Below are positions 1-13,894 of a stretch of DNA of 64,000 bases, one piece after another. A model generated the notes under the pieces. It was not told the DNA's origin and ran no database searches. It saw only the letters and a program-made list of their open reading frames with translations. Source of the stretch: Eledone cirrhosa (lineage: Eukaryota); the NCBI GenBank assembly GCA_964016885.1, contig OZ024743.1:239940001-240004000 (forward strand). Direction: 5' to 3'. Positions within the stretch are counted from its first letter, which is position 1; the number at the start of each line of letters is the position of its first letter. The translations under genes and the position numbers were made by a program.

Positions 1-790
1 AGGCGCAGAAAATTATGGATGAGAAGCCCAGAAAGTTAGTTAGTGTCGTTGCTAAGGAGCTCAATGTTTCAAAGCACACTAGCAGAAGAATTGTGCAGGG
101 ATCTTTGATAAAGGTCATATGTGATGCAAAGACAAGGGGTAACCAATTGACCTGCGCAAAGTGCTTCTTTAGCAAGATGTAACCCCAAGAGCTAAGGATT
201 ATTTGTTTTTATCACTGATGAGAAAGAACTTTGATTAGGATCAAAATGTCAACCGGAAGAATGGCAAATGATTATGCAAAGAACCATCGGTCATGCACAC
301 AATATTACCAGTAACTGTGATGTTTCGGGGAGTCGTTCGAGGGCGATGTTGTCCCTCATCACGTCTTTCCTCAAGGCTTATCGGCCAATGCTAATGACTA
401 TATGTTGTTGGAAAGGGCTCTGATGCCTGGGACAGAGAGTGAAAAGACGAAGTGCGTACACGTGCCAATAAGACTCTGTGCTGTCTCATATAAGTCAGAC
501 GGCCCAGGAATGGATGAGTCACAATCTCCATGATCACCTCATCCCAAACATATGTCTTCCTAGGTCTCCAGTCCTGAATCCATTACACTGCAATGTATGG
601 AGTGTAGTTGAAAAGGAAGTCCGTCAACACCTCATAACAGTATAAAGTCTTGTATTGAAGCATTCATCGATACCAAGGGTAGATTTATTGAGAAGATGAG
701 TCAAGAAGGGTCGCAATATTATGCATGTGACTTTTCTGTCAAATAAATCTCTTGTCTCATGACTTATGTGTCATCTATTAAATTCATGCA
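1..790 (+). mobile_element. Tc1/mariner DNA transposon relic, DD37D (maT-like) transposase pseudogene
   Basis: Degenerate motifs by manual translation: TDEK (~213), VMHT..PVTVM (~290), Q*DSVLSH (GAC at 472) and PRSPVLNPLHCNVWSVVE (~560-612, matching WPPxSPDLNPLDY). 37 codons lie between the second and third catalytic positions. Stops and frameshifts are present. Confidence 0.75.
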
Positions 791-804
791 TATGTGCGAT
801 ATAT

Positions 805-1470
805 CATGCAGTGGTACCCGGCGTTGCACGGGATAAGGTACTTTGGAACGAGGGCCGCCAACAGACCTAATCGTGGAAAAACTGCATGCCTGGACAATAT
901 GTAAAGAAAATAAACCGAATACTCTGATGGCTGGATAATCTTTAAGATTTTCCTCGATGAAACAGGAAAAATGCAGATTGAATTCATTTTTTTATGTGCA
1001 TAATATGCCTTCATATTTCGGGAAAATCGGCTATACGTAATGCATCCCCAAAAAAGCCCTAAAAAGCTTTTAAAATGAAGTTTTTCACCTAATGCCAGCC
1101 CTAGGCCATAAAAAGTTGGATTTTCTTTGCTCACGGCGTGAAGAAGAAGAGACTGACTAATACATAGTTACAATTTCAAGGAAATCGGTCTGGCCTAACG
1201 CCTCAAAAATCCAATAAAAAGCTGAAAAAACGCAGTGTTTCATCTAATGCGGGCTCTAGGGGATCAAAAAGTTGAATTGTTTATGTGCATAACACTCCCT
1301 GAAACATAAGTAATACACATGTAAAGTTTGAAAAAGATCAGTTGGGTACTTCTCGGGTTTCACCCCATCCCCCACACACCACACACATACAAACATACAC
1401 ACATACACACATACATACATTCACATATACATACATCCTTCCCCAGTTTTATATATACACATATATAGAT
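805..1470 (-). mobile_element. Non-autonomous Helitron/HINE-like element
   Basis: The minus strand starts TCTATATA...TATATAAAAC next to a (GTAT)n tract and ends in a GC hairpin, CCCGTGCAACGCCGGG-TACCAC (811-832). This is the usual non-autonomous Helitron layout; the terminal CTRR is degenerate. Confidence 0.55.
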
Positions 1471-1660
1471 TAAAATAAAGATTAAAGTTTAAGCAAAGAA
1501 TCGTTGCTTTCACCATTAACGGGATCTTCTGCAACTAAAAACATCAATCTGTGAACGCAGAAGTAAATATTTCGAAAAACGTTGAAACCGAAGGAAAACA
1601 GGAAGACGATACTTTTGTTCGTGAAGATGTTCCCTGGCAATGAACGGAAAATAGCATACA
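1470..1660. repeat. Dispersed repeat (copies near 12430-12535, 16045-16155, 25540-25690, 41525-41690, 41805-41860)
   Basis: The block AGATTAAAGTTTAAGCAAAGAATCG...TCTGTGAACGCAGAAGTAAATATTTCGAAAA recurs in whole or part in both orientations. Confidence 0.75.
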
Positions 1661-2146
1661 GACAGATATTATAAGAGCGCTACGGAGATGGATAACCGGC
1701 GCCTAACACCCCTTTAACAATAGAAAATTGAAAAATAAGATGCAGTTAATATCTTTAGACCGCAAGGAATATATAAATGCTAGTTTGAAGTCAATCGGAG
1801 TAGAAATGTGGAGTTGTATAGACTTTGCAAAAATGAGGACACACACACACAGACAACTACAGTTTTATATATATGTATATATATATATATATATATAATA
1901 GTAGGACACTGGTGGTTTATATCCGTAGTAGTAGAACGCTCAGTCCATGGGAGGAGTTTGGTAGAATTAGTTCCACATCAGATAGTTCATCATACCCGAG
2001 AACAAATGTTTAACCTTAAACGGATTCTCAGCTCGGTCTAAACCTTTCATACAGTTGTGGAACTACTTGTGTATATATACATCATTATATACATATATAC
2101 AATCATTAACGAACCCTCTTCGGATTTTGGTCTCCGTATTTATTAT

Positions 2147-2180
<34 letters not shown>

Positions 2181-2226
2181 GAAAGGTATAGAAATTGTTT
2201 TAGCGAGAAGCTAACAGTATTCCATA

Positions 2227-2261
<35 letters not shown>

Positions 2262-2709
2262 CATAAATTACATATCGTCTACATAATGTATGTATATATG
2301 ATGAATACCTTTTTCTAACGACCATTCCGAAAACTAATGTTTTACTTGAATCAATCAACGGAACAGCCTACTGGTGAAATTAACATGCATGTGGTTGAGC
2401 AATACACAAGCATGTGTATCCTTAACACAGTTTTAAAGAGGATTCAGCCTGGCGCAATACATAACACCTTTGGCCCATTTTGTTATAAGTAAAGCTGATT
2501 ATATTGCATCAGCGGGTAATAAAATATACTGCTCAAGGTCGCAACGCTCTGGTGCGAATCGAACTCAAGCCCATACGTTGCTGAGTCAAACACGCTAACA
2601 ATTAAGCCACGTTCATTCACTTATGTAAGTATATAACATCAGTTTTCTATGTGGTCTGAGTAACGGAGATGTTTGACTGTAATTGTCGGACGATTGTTCT
2701 ATCCAATTA

Positions 2710-2761
2710 CACACATACACAAACATATAAATACACACACACACACACACACACACCTATA

Positions 2762-2812
<51 letters not shown>

Positions 2813-2827
2813 GTGTGTGTGTATATG

Positions 2828-2907
<80 letters not shown>

Positions 2908-2912
2908 TATAC

Positions 2913-3010
<98 letters not shown>

Positions 3011-3065
3011 GTGTGTGTGTGTATATATGTATGTATATTTATATATATATATATTGTGTATGTGT
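2710..3065. repeat. Compound (CA)n/(TA)n/(TG)n microsatellite, representative of dozens in the window
   Basis: Read directly; the source of the [12 protein letters not shown] ORFs. Confidence 0.95.
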
Positions 3066-3341
3066 AATAAAGGAGACAGAGAGAGAGGGGGGGGAACAAG
3101 AGAATATATACACGTATACATATATATATATAGTTACTGATCAATAGATAACTTTAGATCGAGGGATAGATAAGAGCTTGACGGGTTGAGGGAAGAGGAA
3201 ATCATAGAGATAATAGAGAGGTGAGAGAGTTGGTGGTGGTGGTGGTGGTGGTAGGATTGATGTGAGAAGGTAATCAGAGGTCTGAGGTAAGTTTAGATAA
3301 CAGCACACAAGCTGACGTCGTCAAGTGGTGGTGTTGTTCGG

Positions 3342-3735
3342 TGTGTGTATGTGTACTGTGTATGTGTATCGTGTATGTGTATTGTGTATATGTACTGTGT
3401 ATGTGTACTGTGTACTGTGTATGTGTACTGTGTATGTGTACTGTGTATGTGTATTGTGTATGTGTATTGTGTATGTGTATTGTGTATGTGTATTGTGTAT
3501 TGTGTATGTGTACTGTGTATGTGTACTGTGTATGTGTATTGTGTATGTGTATTGTGTATGTGTATTGTGTATGTGTATGTGTATTGTGTATGTGTACTGT
3601 GTATGTGTATTGTGTATGTGTATTGTGTATGTGTACTGTGTATGCGTACTGTGTATTTGTATTGTGTATGTGTACTGTGTATGTGTACTGTGTATGTGTA
3701 TTGTGTATGTGTAATGTGTATATGTATTGTGTATG
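3342..3735. repeat. 13-bp minisatellite (TGTGTATGTGTAY)n
   Basis: About 30 tandem units read directly. Confidence 0.9.
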
Positions 3736-3802
3736 TGCATGTGTATATATTGGCAACATGACCCTCCCAAAGTATAACAATATATATATATATACATGTA
3801 TG

Positions 3803-3960
<158 letters not shown>

Positions 3961-3969
3961 AATGTATAC

Positions 3970-4010
<41 letters not shown>

Positions 4011-4012
<2 letters not shown>

Positions 4013-4184
4013 TAAAAGTACGATCCCGACGGCAGATTTCAAGCAGTTCAGAAATAGCGGTCGAAACGGCTTCAGCTCTGCCGTCGGGGTCATACTTTTC
4101 CTATTACCCACTCTACTACCCTAAGTATTGAGTACTCTTGTGCGTTATGGTCCATCTGGTTCCTTACCACAACTCCTTCGTTAC

Positions 4185-4185
<1 letters not shown>
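4011..4185. repeat. Dispersed repeat with local inversion; relatives near 18425-18465, 56020-56135, 61815-62220
   Basis: Shared GTCGAAACGGCTT.AGCTCTGCCGTCGGGGTCATACTTTT...CCACAACTCCTTCGTTA. An inverted partial copy precedes it at 4011-4040 and at 61815-61895. Confidence 0.7.
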
Positions 4186-4248
<63 letters not shown>

Positions 4249-4513
4249 GTGTGTGTGTGTCTGTGTTTCTGTGTGTATGTGCGCGTGTGTTTATGTGCAT
4301 GTATGCATATATATATATATATTTCCATCATGACATGTGTAAACCGTATGAGCAGATTGTTCACCAGAAACGGTGTGGAGTTACGTTTTATACTATAGAC
4401 GTCTGTCTGTCTGTCTCTTTAATCGTATTTTTTTTTTGTGGAATTTGTTTTATTCCTGTTCTCTGTTTTATTTAAATATTTCCTCCTCGCACACACATAT
4501 TTATCTATATAAC

Positions 4514-4546
<33 letters not shown>

Positions 4547-4833
4547 ATATATATATATGTATACATATATATATGTGTATATATATATATAGTAAGAATA
4601 TTTTCGAAACAGCGAGTTGTTTTGAAATTATTAGAAATGTAAGCTATCGCCGTATTTTGACTGAAGAAATTAAAGAAATTATTTAGCCTGAGAGTGGGGT
4701 TAAGCACCCTCGGAGAAATGGAAAAAGATGAGTATTGACGTACATGGGAGTCGAACCCACATCTTTGGTTATCCGGACCACTGTGCTACTATACTATTTA
4801 CACCAGCACATCACCCATATGATATATATCGTT

Positions 4834-4877
<44 letters not shown>

Positions 4878-4969
4878 AACGATCGACTTTCGTCAAATCG
4901 GACCGAGGGAACAATGTTTCCGTTGGTCTTTCCAATTGCTAATACTATCTATCGGTCGCAACTCCAGGT

Positions 4970-5067
4970 AGAAGGAGCAACGTGAAATAAAGTGTCTTGC
5001 TCAAGGACATAACGCGTCGCCTGGTCCAGGAATCGAACTCACAACCTTACGATTGCGAATCCAATTC

Positions 5068-5072
<5 letters not shown>
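4970..5072 (-). mobile_element. tRNA-head SINE fragment, CORE/V-SINE-like (older copy ~2515-2610)
   Basis: AAGTGTCTTGCTCAAGGACATAAC followed by GGAATCGAAC, the reverse of a B-box GTTCGATTCC. Confidence 0.55.
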
Positions 5073-5105
<33 letters not shown>

Positions 5106-5300
5106 CCGGAAGTGTTGACATTTGAAAATGTTAAAGAAGTGAATCTTGAAATAAGCAATAAAATTATTTATATTTAATCAAGAGTTACGAAATTTAGTAC
5201 ATAAATTATGTAATATTCATTCATTATTTATTCAAAGTAATCCAATTTATTTTACAAACAGGATAGAAAAATATATTCCTGTCTTCACTACATTATGATA

Positions 5301-5386
<86 letters not shown>

Positions 5387-5389
<3 letters not shown>

Positions 5390-6100
5390 CATAATGTAAT
5401 AAAGTAAGGATTGCGGATCTGCGTCCATAATATATTTTTCTATCCTGTTTGTAAAATAAATTGGATTACTTTGAATAAATAATTGTTTCTACTTTAGGCA
5501 CAAGGCCAGCAATTACCCAGTGCATTACTGGTACTTTATTTTATCGACCCCGTAAGGATGAAAGGCAAAGTCAACCTCGGCGGGATTTGAACTCAGATCG
5601 TGAAGGGACGTAACTATGCTGGAAAGCATGGCGTCAGACCCTCTACTGATACTGCCAATCCACCGCCCTTTGAATAAATAATGAATGAATATTACATAAT
5701 TTATGTACTAAATTTCGTAACTCTTGATTAAATATAAATAATTTTATTGCTTATTTCAAGATTCACTTCTTTAAAATTTTCAAAGTCAACACTTCCGGTT
5801 ACCGCCCGTTATATTATAACACTTATTACATCGCTCATATAAACGTTCGATTATATTTCTGTCGGTAATTTTCTCCTAATGCAGTTTATATATAATATCG
5901 TCTTTTTTAAATGTATCATGGATTACTTTACTGATTACATAAGACAGTGTAACACAATCTCTCTTCAATTTCTGTGCATATTATCAATTACGTTTCTATT
6001 TGACGTATGATATCTAAATGCACATATATTTGTGTATAATATCAATATGCACACTACACATGCTAGCAGAAAACCACCCTTCAGGTGATTTTTCTGCTAG
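5387..6100 (+). mobile_element. Non-autonomous Helitron-like element interrupted by a SINE
   Basis: 3' hairpin CTAGCAGAAAA-CCACCCTTCAGGTG-ATTTTTCTGCTAG|T. The same end occurs at 15670-15707. An internal block (TTCACTTCTTTAAAATTT...CTTCCGGTTA) is shared with the Helitron at ~12250. Confidence 0.55.
5484..5667 (-). mobile_element. tRNA-head SINE (Nin/Deu-like central domain) with 15-bp TSD
   Basis: B-box GTTCAAATCCC and core GCCTTTCATCCTTACGGGGTCGATAAAATAAAGTACCAG on the minus strand. TSD CTTTGAATAAATAAT at 5469-5483 and 5668-5682. Confidence 0.85.
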
Positions 6101-6534
6101 TATATATAACAGAGTTTTGTAGCTTGTGTGAAGCATATTTGAATAGGATACATACATTTTAATAAAGCGTTAGTAAGAGCATTAAATCGCCAAGATAACA
6201 AAAGAATCTTACCTTATCAAATTTAACGATGGTTACATTTGCTAAGGTAATATTCTTTAGTTAACTTGGCGATTTAATGTTCTTACTAACGCATTATTTT
6301 GGTTTTCAAAATTACTTAAATTTGTGTGTGTATATATATATATAATTGGTAAATGGACATTTGGAAACTGTGCTTCGAAGAATCGAGACGTATCTGAGGA
6401 TCTTGCGATTTCAGAGTCAAATTCGATCATTGCATCGATCATGCCTCGAGCTGGGCGTCAGAGAAACGATTGTAATATGTCTAATAAATTTTATTCGTCG
6501 CACCACTGATTCTCCGTTTCTTATGTGGTATATA

Positions 6535-6702
6535 TATATATTGTTATACTTGGGGAGGGTCATATTGTTGTAATAATATTGCCAGAAATAATAACAGAAC
6601 ACACTCACTGTTTGGTTGGTTTTCGCTTCTGTATCTTTTATATCTCCATAGTTAATTTATTTGGCAATCAATGTTTATCATTGATTGACCAACGGTTAAA
6701 AA

Positions 6703-6736
<34 letters not shown>

Positions 6737-7000
6737 CTGTATTTTTAACCGTTGTTAATTTATTTGGCAATCAATGTTTATTATTGACAGACCAACCGTT
6801 AAAAATACAGATATAAATATTATATATATTTATATCTGTTTTTTTAACCGTTGGTCAATCAAGATAAACATTGATTGCCAAATAAATTAACTATGGAGAT
6901 ATAAAAGATACAGAAGCGAAAACCAACCAAACAGTGAGTATGTTCTGTTATTATTTCTGGCAATATTATAACATGATGACTCTCCCAAAGTATAAAAATA
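6535..7000. repeat. Nested inverted repeat (about 6540-6760 vs 6790-7000)
   Basis: GCCAGAAATAATAACAGAACA...AACGGTTAAAAA recurs as its reverse complement; the centre is internally duplicated. Confidence 0.8.
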
Positions 7001-7029
7001 TCTGTTTCGACACACGATTTCATATGAAA

Positions 7030-7166
<137 letters not shown>

Positions 7167-7820
7167 ATATACGTTATTCTGGGTTGAATCGGAGGTAACC
7201 GCAGTAAGTAAGGTACTCAATACATTGCAGAGTATAAAAGTTTTAATATAGATGAGATTCTACAGTACTAGAACTGTTTCATTCTTCAGAAATCATCAGG
7301 AATCTGGGTATCAAAAAATAAGTATGGTATTTATAGGACTCTTCAAGTGGTAGGAGAGGGTGGGGAGTGGGATGGCTGTAGGTCATTGGTTGATAGAAAA
7401 GGGAATTCATTAAAAGCTAATTCTACAAAGCTATAGTTTATTTTTATTTTTAGAGTAACAAAGGCAGAAAGAATTCTATAAACAGGTTCAGGATGGGGTG
7501 CCACTCCTTATTATTAAGTTTCTCTTAAGCTAACAGGTGTCTATAAGATCAGTGGGGGTCAGTCATGGTTGATAGATTTAAAGGAAAGGGAGATTCTTTA
7601 AAAGCTAAATTCTTTAAGTGACAATTCTACTAAGTGACAAAGGTTTAGAGAATTCTGTAGACAAATTCAAAATATTGAGTGCATATCATACAATTATCTT
7701 CAAATTTCTCTTAAACTGTTCAACTATATGCCAAAAATCAACAGACTTATTCACAAACACACTCACTCACACACTCGCGCGCACCCATAAACACACACAC
7801 ATACACATATACATATATAT

Positions 7821-7853
<33 letters not shown>

Positions 7854-7876
7854 CATACACACACATACATACACAC

Positions 7877-7925
<49 letters not shown>

Positions 7926-7948
7926 CACACACATATATACACATATAT

Positions 7949-8007
<59 letters not shown>

Positions 8008-8032
8008 CACACATACCCCATACATACATTGT

Positions 8033-9249
8033 AGAAAACTTATAATGAAACAATTGTTTGGAAAGAGAGATGTATTTTAACTTTAATTATATCTCATAAA
8101 ATAATACAACTGGTTTTTCCACATTATACATATTGCTAGCACCCCAAACACTTAAATTGGGTTTATATTTAAATATAACCCAATTTTTGTTGAGTGAGAT
8201 GGATACCAGTCAGAGTTTAGCTTTAAACTATCTCTGTTATTGTATTAAATATTTACTCTTGATTGGCCAGAGGTGTTTATTTCCAGGTACTTTATGAATT
8301 TGACTTTCCGTATTTATTACTGTTGTGAAATGTTGTGGGTTTTTTTGTTGTAACTTCTCTGTTTTTTAGCCGAAGAAAATATATATATGCCTATGTATAT
8401 AATTACATGCATACATTTATTTTCTTTAATTAATTGAGTTCTTTACACGAGGAATTGATATTAGTTTTGAAATGACTAATTAACCCGCGTGTGTTTTATA
8501 TTTTACTCTTAATTCGGCCGGAGATTTACATTCCCATTTGCCCTTTAAAGCGTGACTTTCTGTATTTACTGCGGTTATGAGATGCGGTTCTTATTCGGGT
8601 ACAACTTCTGATTTTAGCCTAAGAAAATATCTATATGCGTGTGTAATTTATACACGCATATATTTATTTTTTTTATTTTCAATTGAGTTCTTAACACGTT
8701 GGATTGATAATGTTTTCGAAAAAACTAATTAACCCACGTGTATATTATTATTTTTTTCCTCCTTTCGTGGATCGTAGTTGTCTCCCCTTCCCGCTTCGTG
8801 TCGCTATGATACTTCCTCAGTCAAGAACTGCTGGAATTTCAAATTTGACGGTCATTTGATGCGAGAAGGAGCAACTTGACAGACACGATTTTTGACTGCG
8901 GTAAGAATTTCTTTCTTATATCAAAGTTTAATGGGCTTCCACTGATGATTTATAAACGCCCACCTAAATATATTCTTATATGAATATATATTAGGCTTCT
9001 ACATAAACTGGAAATATTCTCTCAACTTGCAGAAAACTTATAATGAAACAATTGTTTGGAAAGAGAGATGTATTTTAACTTTAATTATATCTCATAAAAT
9101 AATACAACTGGTTTTTCCACATTATACATATTGTTAGCACCCAAACACTTAAATTGGGTTTATATTTAAATATAACCCAATGTTTGTTGAGTGAGATGGA
9201 TACCAGTCAGAGTTTAGCTTTAAACTATCTCTGTTATTGTATTAAATAT
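8033..9249 (+). repeat. Partial tandem repeat, ~998-bp period, containing an HHR-like motif
   Basis: AGAAAACTTATAATGAAACAATTG...TGTATTAAATAT at 8033-8252 and 9031-9249. Confidence 0.8.
8937..9061 (+). ncRNA. Candidate type I hammerhead ribozyme with long stem II insertion
   Basis: TTCCA-CTGATGA-(T)TTATAA...~85 nt...TTATAA(T)-GAAA-CAATTG-TT-TGGAA. Stem I is TTCCA/TGGAA and stem III is the palindrome ACAATTGT. Confidence 0.55.
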
Positions 9250-9751
9250 ATATAAATATATATATATATATACACACACACACATATATACACACACATA
9301 CATATATATATGTACATATATATACATATATATTTTGAATTTGTCTACAGAATTCTCTAAACCTTTGTCACTTAGTAGAATTGTCGCTTTTAAAGAATCT
9401 CACTTTCCTTTAAATCTATCAACCATGACTGACCCCCACTGATCTTATAGACACCTGTTAGCTTAAGAGAAACTTAATAATAAGGAGTGGCACCCCATCC
9501 TGAACCTGTTTATAGAATTCTTTCTGCCTTTGTTACTCTAAAAATAAAAATAAACTATAGCTTTGTAGAATTAGCTTTTAATGAATTCCCTTTTCTATCA
9601 ACCAATGACCTACACCCATACCACTCCCCACCCTCTCCTACCACTTGAAGAGACCTATAAATACCATACTTATTTTTTGATACCCAGATTCTTGATGATT
9701 TCTAAAGAATGAAACAGTTCTAGTCCTGTAGAATCTCATCTATATTAAAAC

Positions 9752-9782
<31 letters not shown>

Positions 9783-9789
9783 GCAAAAG

Positions 9790-10100
9790 ATAAACAGAAA
9801 TAACAAAGCAAACGTCACAGTAATATGAAGAAGTATATTAGTTTGACGCCTGATATAGTAGCCAAAGAGTGTTAACGTTTCGGACACCAGTCCTCCATCA
9901 GGAGATGAAATGAGAAATAAAAGATGAAATAGAAAAATAGAGGAAGAGGAAGGAATGGAAAAAGATTTTCTTTGAGAAAGCCATTAAGTCAGCCATATTG
10001 GATAAATGCTGATCAGTGAGTATCTCCGTTATTTGAGAGGTATAGAAAGGCAGTTAATCGTGTATATTTTAAGCGGACATGCCTATTCCTGTGTGTGTGT

Positions 10101-10131
<31 letters not shown>

Positions 10132-10159
10132 CGTCTGTGTGTGTGTGTGGGTGTGTGTA

Positions 10160-10241
<82 letters not shown>

Positions 10242-11945
10242 TGTGTGTGTTTGTTTGTTTGTGTCAGAGGTTTGAAGGATGGGCGTTGGACCGTGACGGC
10301 GCTGGCTACTATGAGAGGTCGAGATGTGAGTGACCGCGTGCGCATGAACAGACCAGCCTGTCATGGTGTATAAAGATGTATATGAAATTCTGTGTATACA
10401 TACATACATACACATATGAGTTGAAGCAGTCGCAAGGGATTGTATAGAAAAGGAGGCCGTAGCGAATATGATCGTTGCCTGATATATTTCATTTCGTAGT
10501 ATAGTCGTAATAGAAACCGCTTAGTTTCGAGAACGACGATATGGTGATACAACCAGAAACAGCTGAACTACGAAGTGTGAACTTTTTACGTGGGTGGACG
10601 TGAATAGAGTCGGGAGGTGGTGTGGGCAGAGTGAATATTGGTAACATCTAACATCGACGTCGCCATAGCTGCAGCACTAGGTGCCACGGTTTCACAGACG
10701 CACACCCAAGAGAGACTAGCATAGATGCACCTCCAAGCGAGAGCCCTGGGATATATGTGTCAGTGGAGTGAGCGAACGTGAATATATAAGCATGCATCAG
10801 AAAGTGTAGAATTTTGAACATTATTTTTATGCAGTTATATGTGTGTATACGGGTGTTGTAAATGTGTGTATTGTGTGGTGCTTGGAGTTGTGTGCGTATA
10901 TGTGCGTATGTTTATGTGTGAGAGCAAGAATAAAGCGAGGATATAGGAACTGTGTGTGAGTGGGTGGGGGGGATTTGAGTCCACCCCCAATTGCAGTGCG
11001 GAAAATTAAGTTTTGCTCAGTCCTTGTGAAGTGGTTGCGGAGCCATGGTGTAAAATGAGGCCCGAGACAGTAAAGTGTTGAATAGAATGGTTGGGGTAAC
11101 GCAAGTGACGAGCGACAGGGGTGTTTGCTCAGTCCTAAATCCCTCGGGTGTTCTGCGATTCGGTTCGCGAGACTGTGGCTTGTTTGTCCGATGTAAGGAA
11201 ACACTGTAGGGCATAAATGACGTTGGCAGAGGTGCAGGTGAAGGAGTTGCGAATGCGCTAAGAATTGTTCGCACCTTTGAGTGAGGTGAGGTTTGTTATG
11301 TAGGGAAAGGTATTACAGCAGGGGCAGCAGCAAGGACGGGTGCCTGGTGGAGTCCCAGGGGATGAGGGGAAGGAACTATATATAATAAGGTGACGGATAT
11401 TACGGGTGTGCCGAAGGGGTAGGGTAGAAGATCGGTGGGTGAGGGTGAAAGGAAGGTGGGTGTTCGAGAGGCGGTCTTTAGGTAAACAGACTGCTGCTTG
11501 GTCAGTATCACAGGCGTAAGCAAGGGTAGTTTGGATCAGGGTGGGCAGATATCCATACTAGATGAAGCGAGAATCCATGCGTGAGGCTGGAACTCGAAGG
11601 TATGGTCCTGGCTGCAGAGACGATGAAGAATGAGGAATTGGGAATAGGGTATGGAGAGTTTGGTGTGGGAGAGGTGGGAAGAGGTGAAGTCGAGGTAGGA
11701 CTGGGAGTCAGTGGGTTTGTTGATGGGGGTAGAGAGTGTGTGGTAGATGAGCTCTAGAGAGAGGGGGGGGAGAGACGAAGAGATGTCGAGAAATTAGACG
11801 GAAAAATCGGAGGCGGAGGCGGAGAAGGTGAGGGCAGGTTAAACATACTGGACGAAGGAAAGAATAGAGACGAGCTGTTCACGGCAGAGTGAGGTGGCAC
11901 CGAATTAATCGTCGTTATAACGACTGTATAGCTCAGGGCCGGTAT
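9790..11945 (-). mobile_element. Penelope-like element, 5'-truncated (RT C-terminus, GIY-YIG, 3' tail with HHR-like motif)
   Basis: Minus-strand RYNDD (~11915), FLDIS, PTDSQSYLDFTSSH...IPYSQ and YIGQT...RIAEH (ORF 10827-11204). HHR-like CTGATGG-AGGAC-TGGT-GTCC-GAAACGTTAAC at 9870-9902. Confidence 0.85.
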
Positions 11946-12094
11946 ATATATGTGCGCGCATCCTTATAAAATCACTAACTGCAAAACATTACATCAGGTT
12001 TCCCCACACAGACGTCACGTGTATACACTTCCCGCTGATGGCTAAGCTAGAAAAATAAATAAATACTCTAATTAATGTACGTTATATATATATA

Positions 12095-13519
12095 TCTATA
12101 ATATAAAGCAGTATGTAACAAACTTTTCGCCAAACGGCTGGACAAAACAGCACCAAATGTGTACCATAGATGTAGCTTTTTCCAAGTAAAAAAATGAGGG
12201 TATTTTTGTCTACTGAATTTTGTTAAAAGATTAAAGACATTATTTAAATATTCACTTCTTTAAAATTTCAAATGTCAATACTTCCGGTTATACGACATTC
12301 CTCACTTTTCCTTATGACGTCGCACAACATTCCCCTCTTTTTCTTAGTCTGTCGTTTTAGATAGATACATAGCTATAACGTAGCACCCTTATAATATGTC
12401 TCTGTATGTCTGGCTGTCTGCATTAGATGATGTTTTTCGAAATATTTACTTCTGCGTTCACAGATTGATTTTTTTAGTTTCATAAGATCCCGTTAAGAGT
12501 GAAAGCCTTTGCTTAAACTTTAACCTGCTATTTTAATATATATATTCGTGTACAGATATATTTGCATACACAAAAACAAAAACCTATTTATTTCACGAAA
12601 GCACAGACGGCTTATCGTCATTGTTACTGTTCGAGGTTAGAGGACCACAGTCTGTCCAAGATCTGAGAACCATCAATCGCCATCAATGTTCCACTTACCG
12701 TTTGGCTTGCCAGATGCGTGGTATGTTACACGATGACAGCCATTGGCACCTCACCTTGCAAGAAGCAGCAACTGCTAAAGTCCCTTCTCAGTTGCGAACA
12801 CCTTTTGCTATTATGCTGCACAACTGCGATCTCGCCGACCCTCTCGCACTGTGGAATAACCACCGCGAAAGTCTAGCTGAGGACATCCCCCACCGCCCAC
12901 GCAGACACAATCCAAACGTAACATATGATGTCGTTTTCAATGAGGCGCTCATTTGTCTTGAAAACAGTGTCCTGGTGATTGGTGGTAGGCCTCTAAGTCA
13001 CTACAGCTTACCTGCTCCTGACAAGAGTGTCCAGAGGTCAACGTCTACAGAGCTTCTCCGCGAGATGAGCTACAAGATCAGGGATTCTACATTGGTTAAT
13101 TGTATGTAGGATGCTCTAGGGTGTGCTCGCCAAACAATCTCTTCATCTTTGCTCCGGAGAGCCGAACACAAAAAAAATATTGTATACTCTGAGGCTCTAA
13201 CAATGTAATTTAAATATTTTCTGTTACTTGGAATTTCCATTATGGTTGTACAAATTATTGTTTGTTAACAAATGTGTTCTCTGTTCAGCCTTTATTGTTG
13301 TAACTATCAATTTTCTGTAACGTACTGGCTGCTGAACTGGGGAATCCTAGTAAATATTCAAACCCAACATCAGAGCACGTTAACCCCCACCAACCGCCCT
13401 ACCCCAACCTCGCAGATTTGGGAGGGCGTGCGGTATCTTTGCACTGGAGTGGAGGGGTGATTCCTGAAAAGAAGAAATGCTGGTATACCTAGCCGGACGC
13501 CAGCCGAACGGGCCACCTA

Positions 13520-13520
<1 letters not shown>
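12095..13520 (+). mobile_element. Internally deleted Helitron with RepHel fragment
   Basis: 5' TCTATAATATAAAGC. ORF 12621-13109 (LLFEVRGPQSVQDLRT...ACQMRGMLHDDSHW...QLR.PFAIML...DPLALW) matches the Helitron region between Rep and helicase. GC-rich 3' segment ending CTAG|T at 13517-13521. Confidence 0.8.
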
Positions 13521-13586
<66 letters not shown>

Positions 13587-13709
13587 GGCGGAGAGAGAGA
13601 CAGACAGAGAGATGTGAAATCCCGACCGCAGCGCTAATCAGTTTCAGCTTGTGTGATATATATGTGATTGTGTGTGCGTGTGCACACATGTATATCATGA
13701 GTAATATAA

Positions 13710-13894
13710 TTGTTTCTACTTTTGGCACAAGGCCAGCCATTACCCAGTGCATTACTAGTACTTTATTTTATCGACCCCGTAAGGATGAAAGGCAAAGCTA
13801 ACCTCGGCGGGATTTGAACTCAGAATGGCAAGGGCCGTAACTCTATGCGTCAAAGCATGGCGTCCGACCCTCTACCGATACTGCCAATCCACCG
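13710..13894 (-). mobile_element. tRNA-head SINE, same family as 5484-5667
   Basis: Near-identical full-length sequence. Confidence 0.85.

Larger units (their letters stand above)
7170..9752. mobile_element. PLE-type terminal repeat pair in inverted orientation (about 7239-7675 vs 9332-9752), each with an HHR-like motif
   Basis: The arms are about 420-435-bp reverse complements. Minus strand at 7268-7304 reads CTGATGA-TTTC-TGAA-GAAT-GAAAC; plus strand at 9690-9722 reads TTGATGA...GAAAC. Confidence 0.65.
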
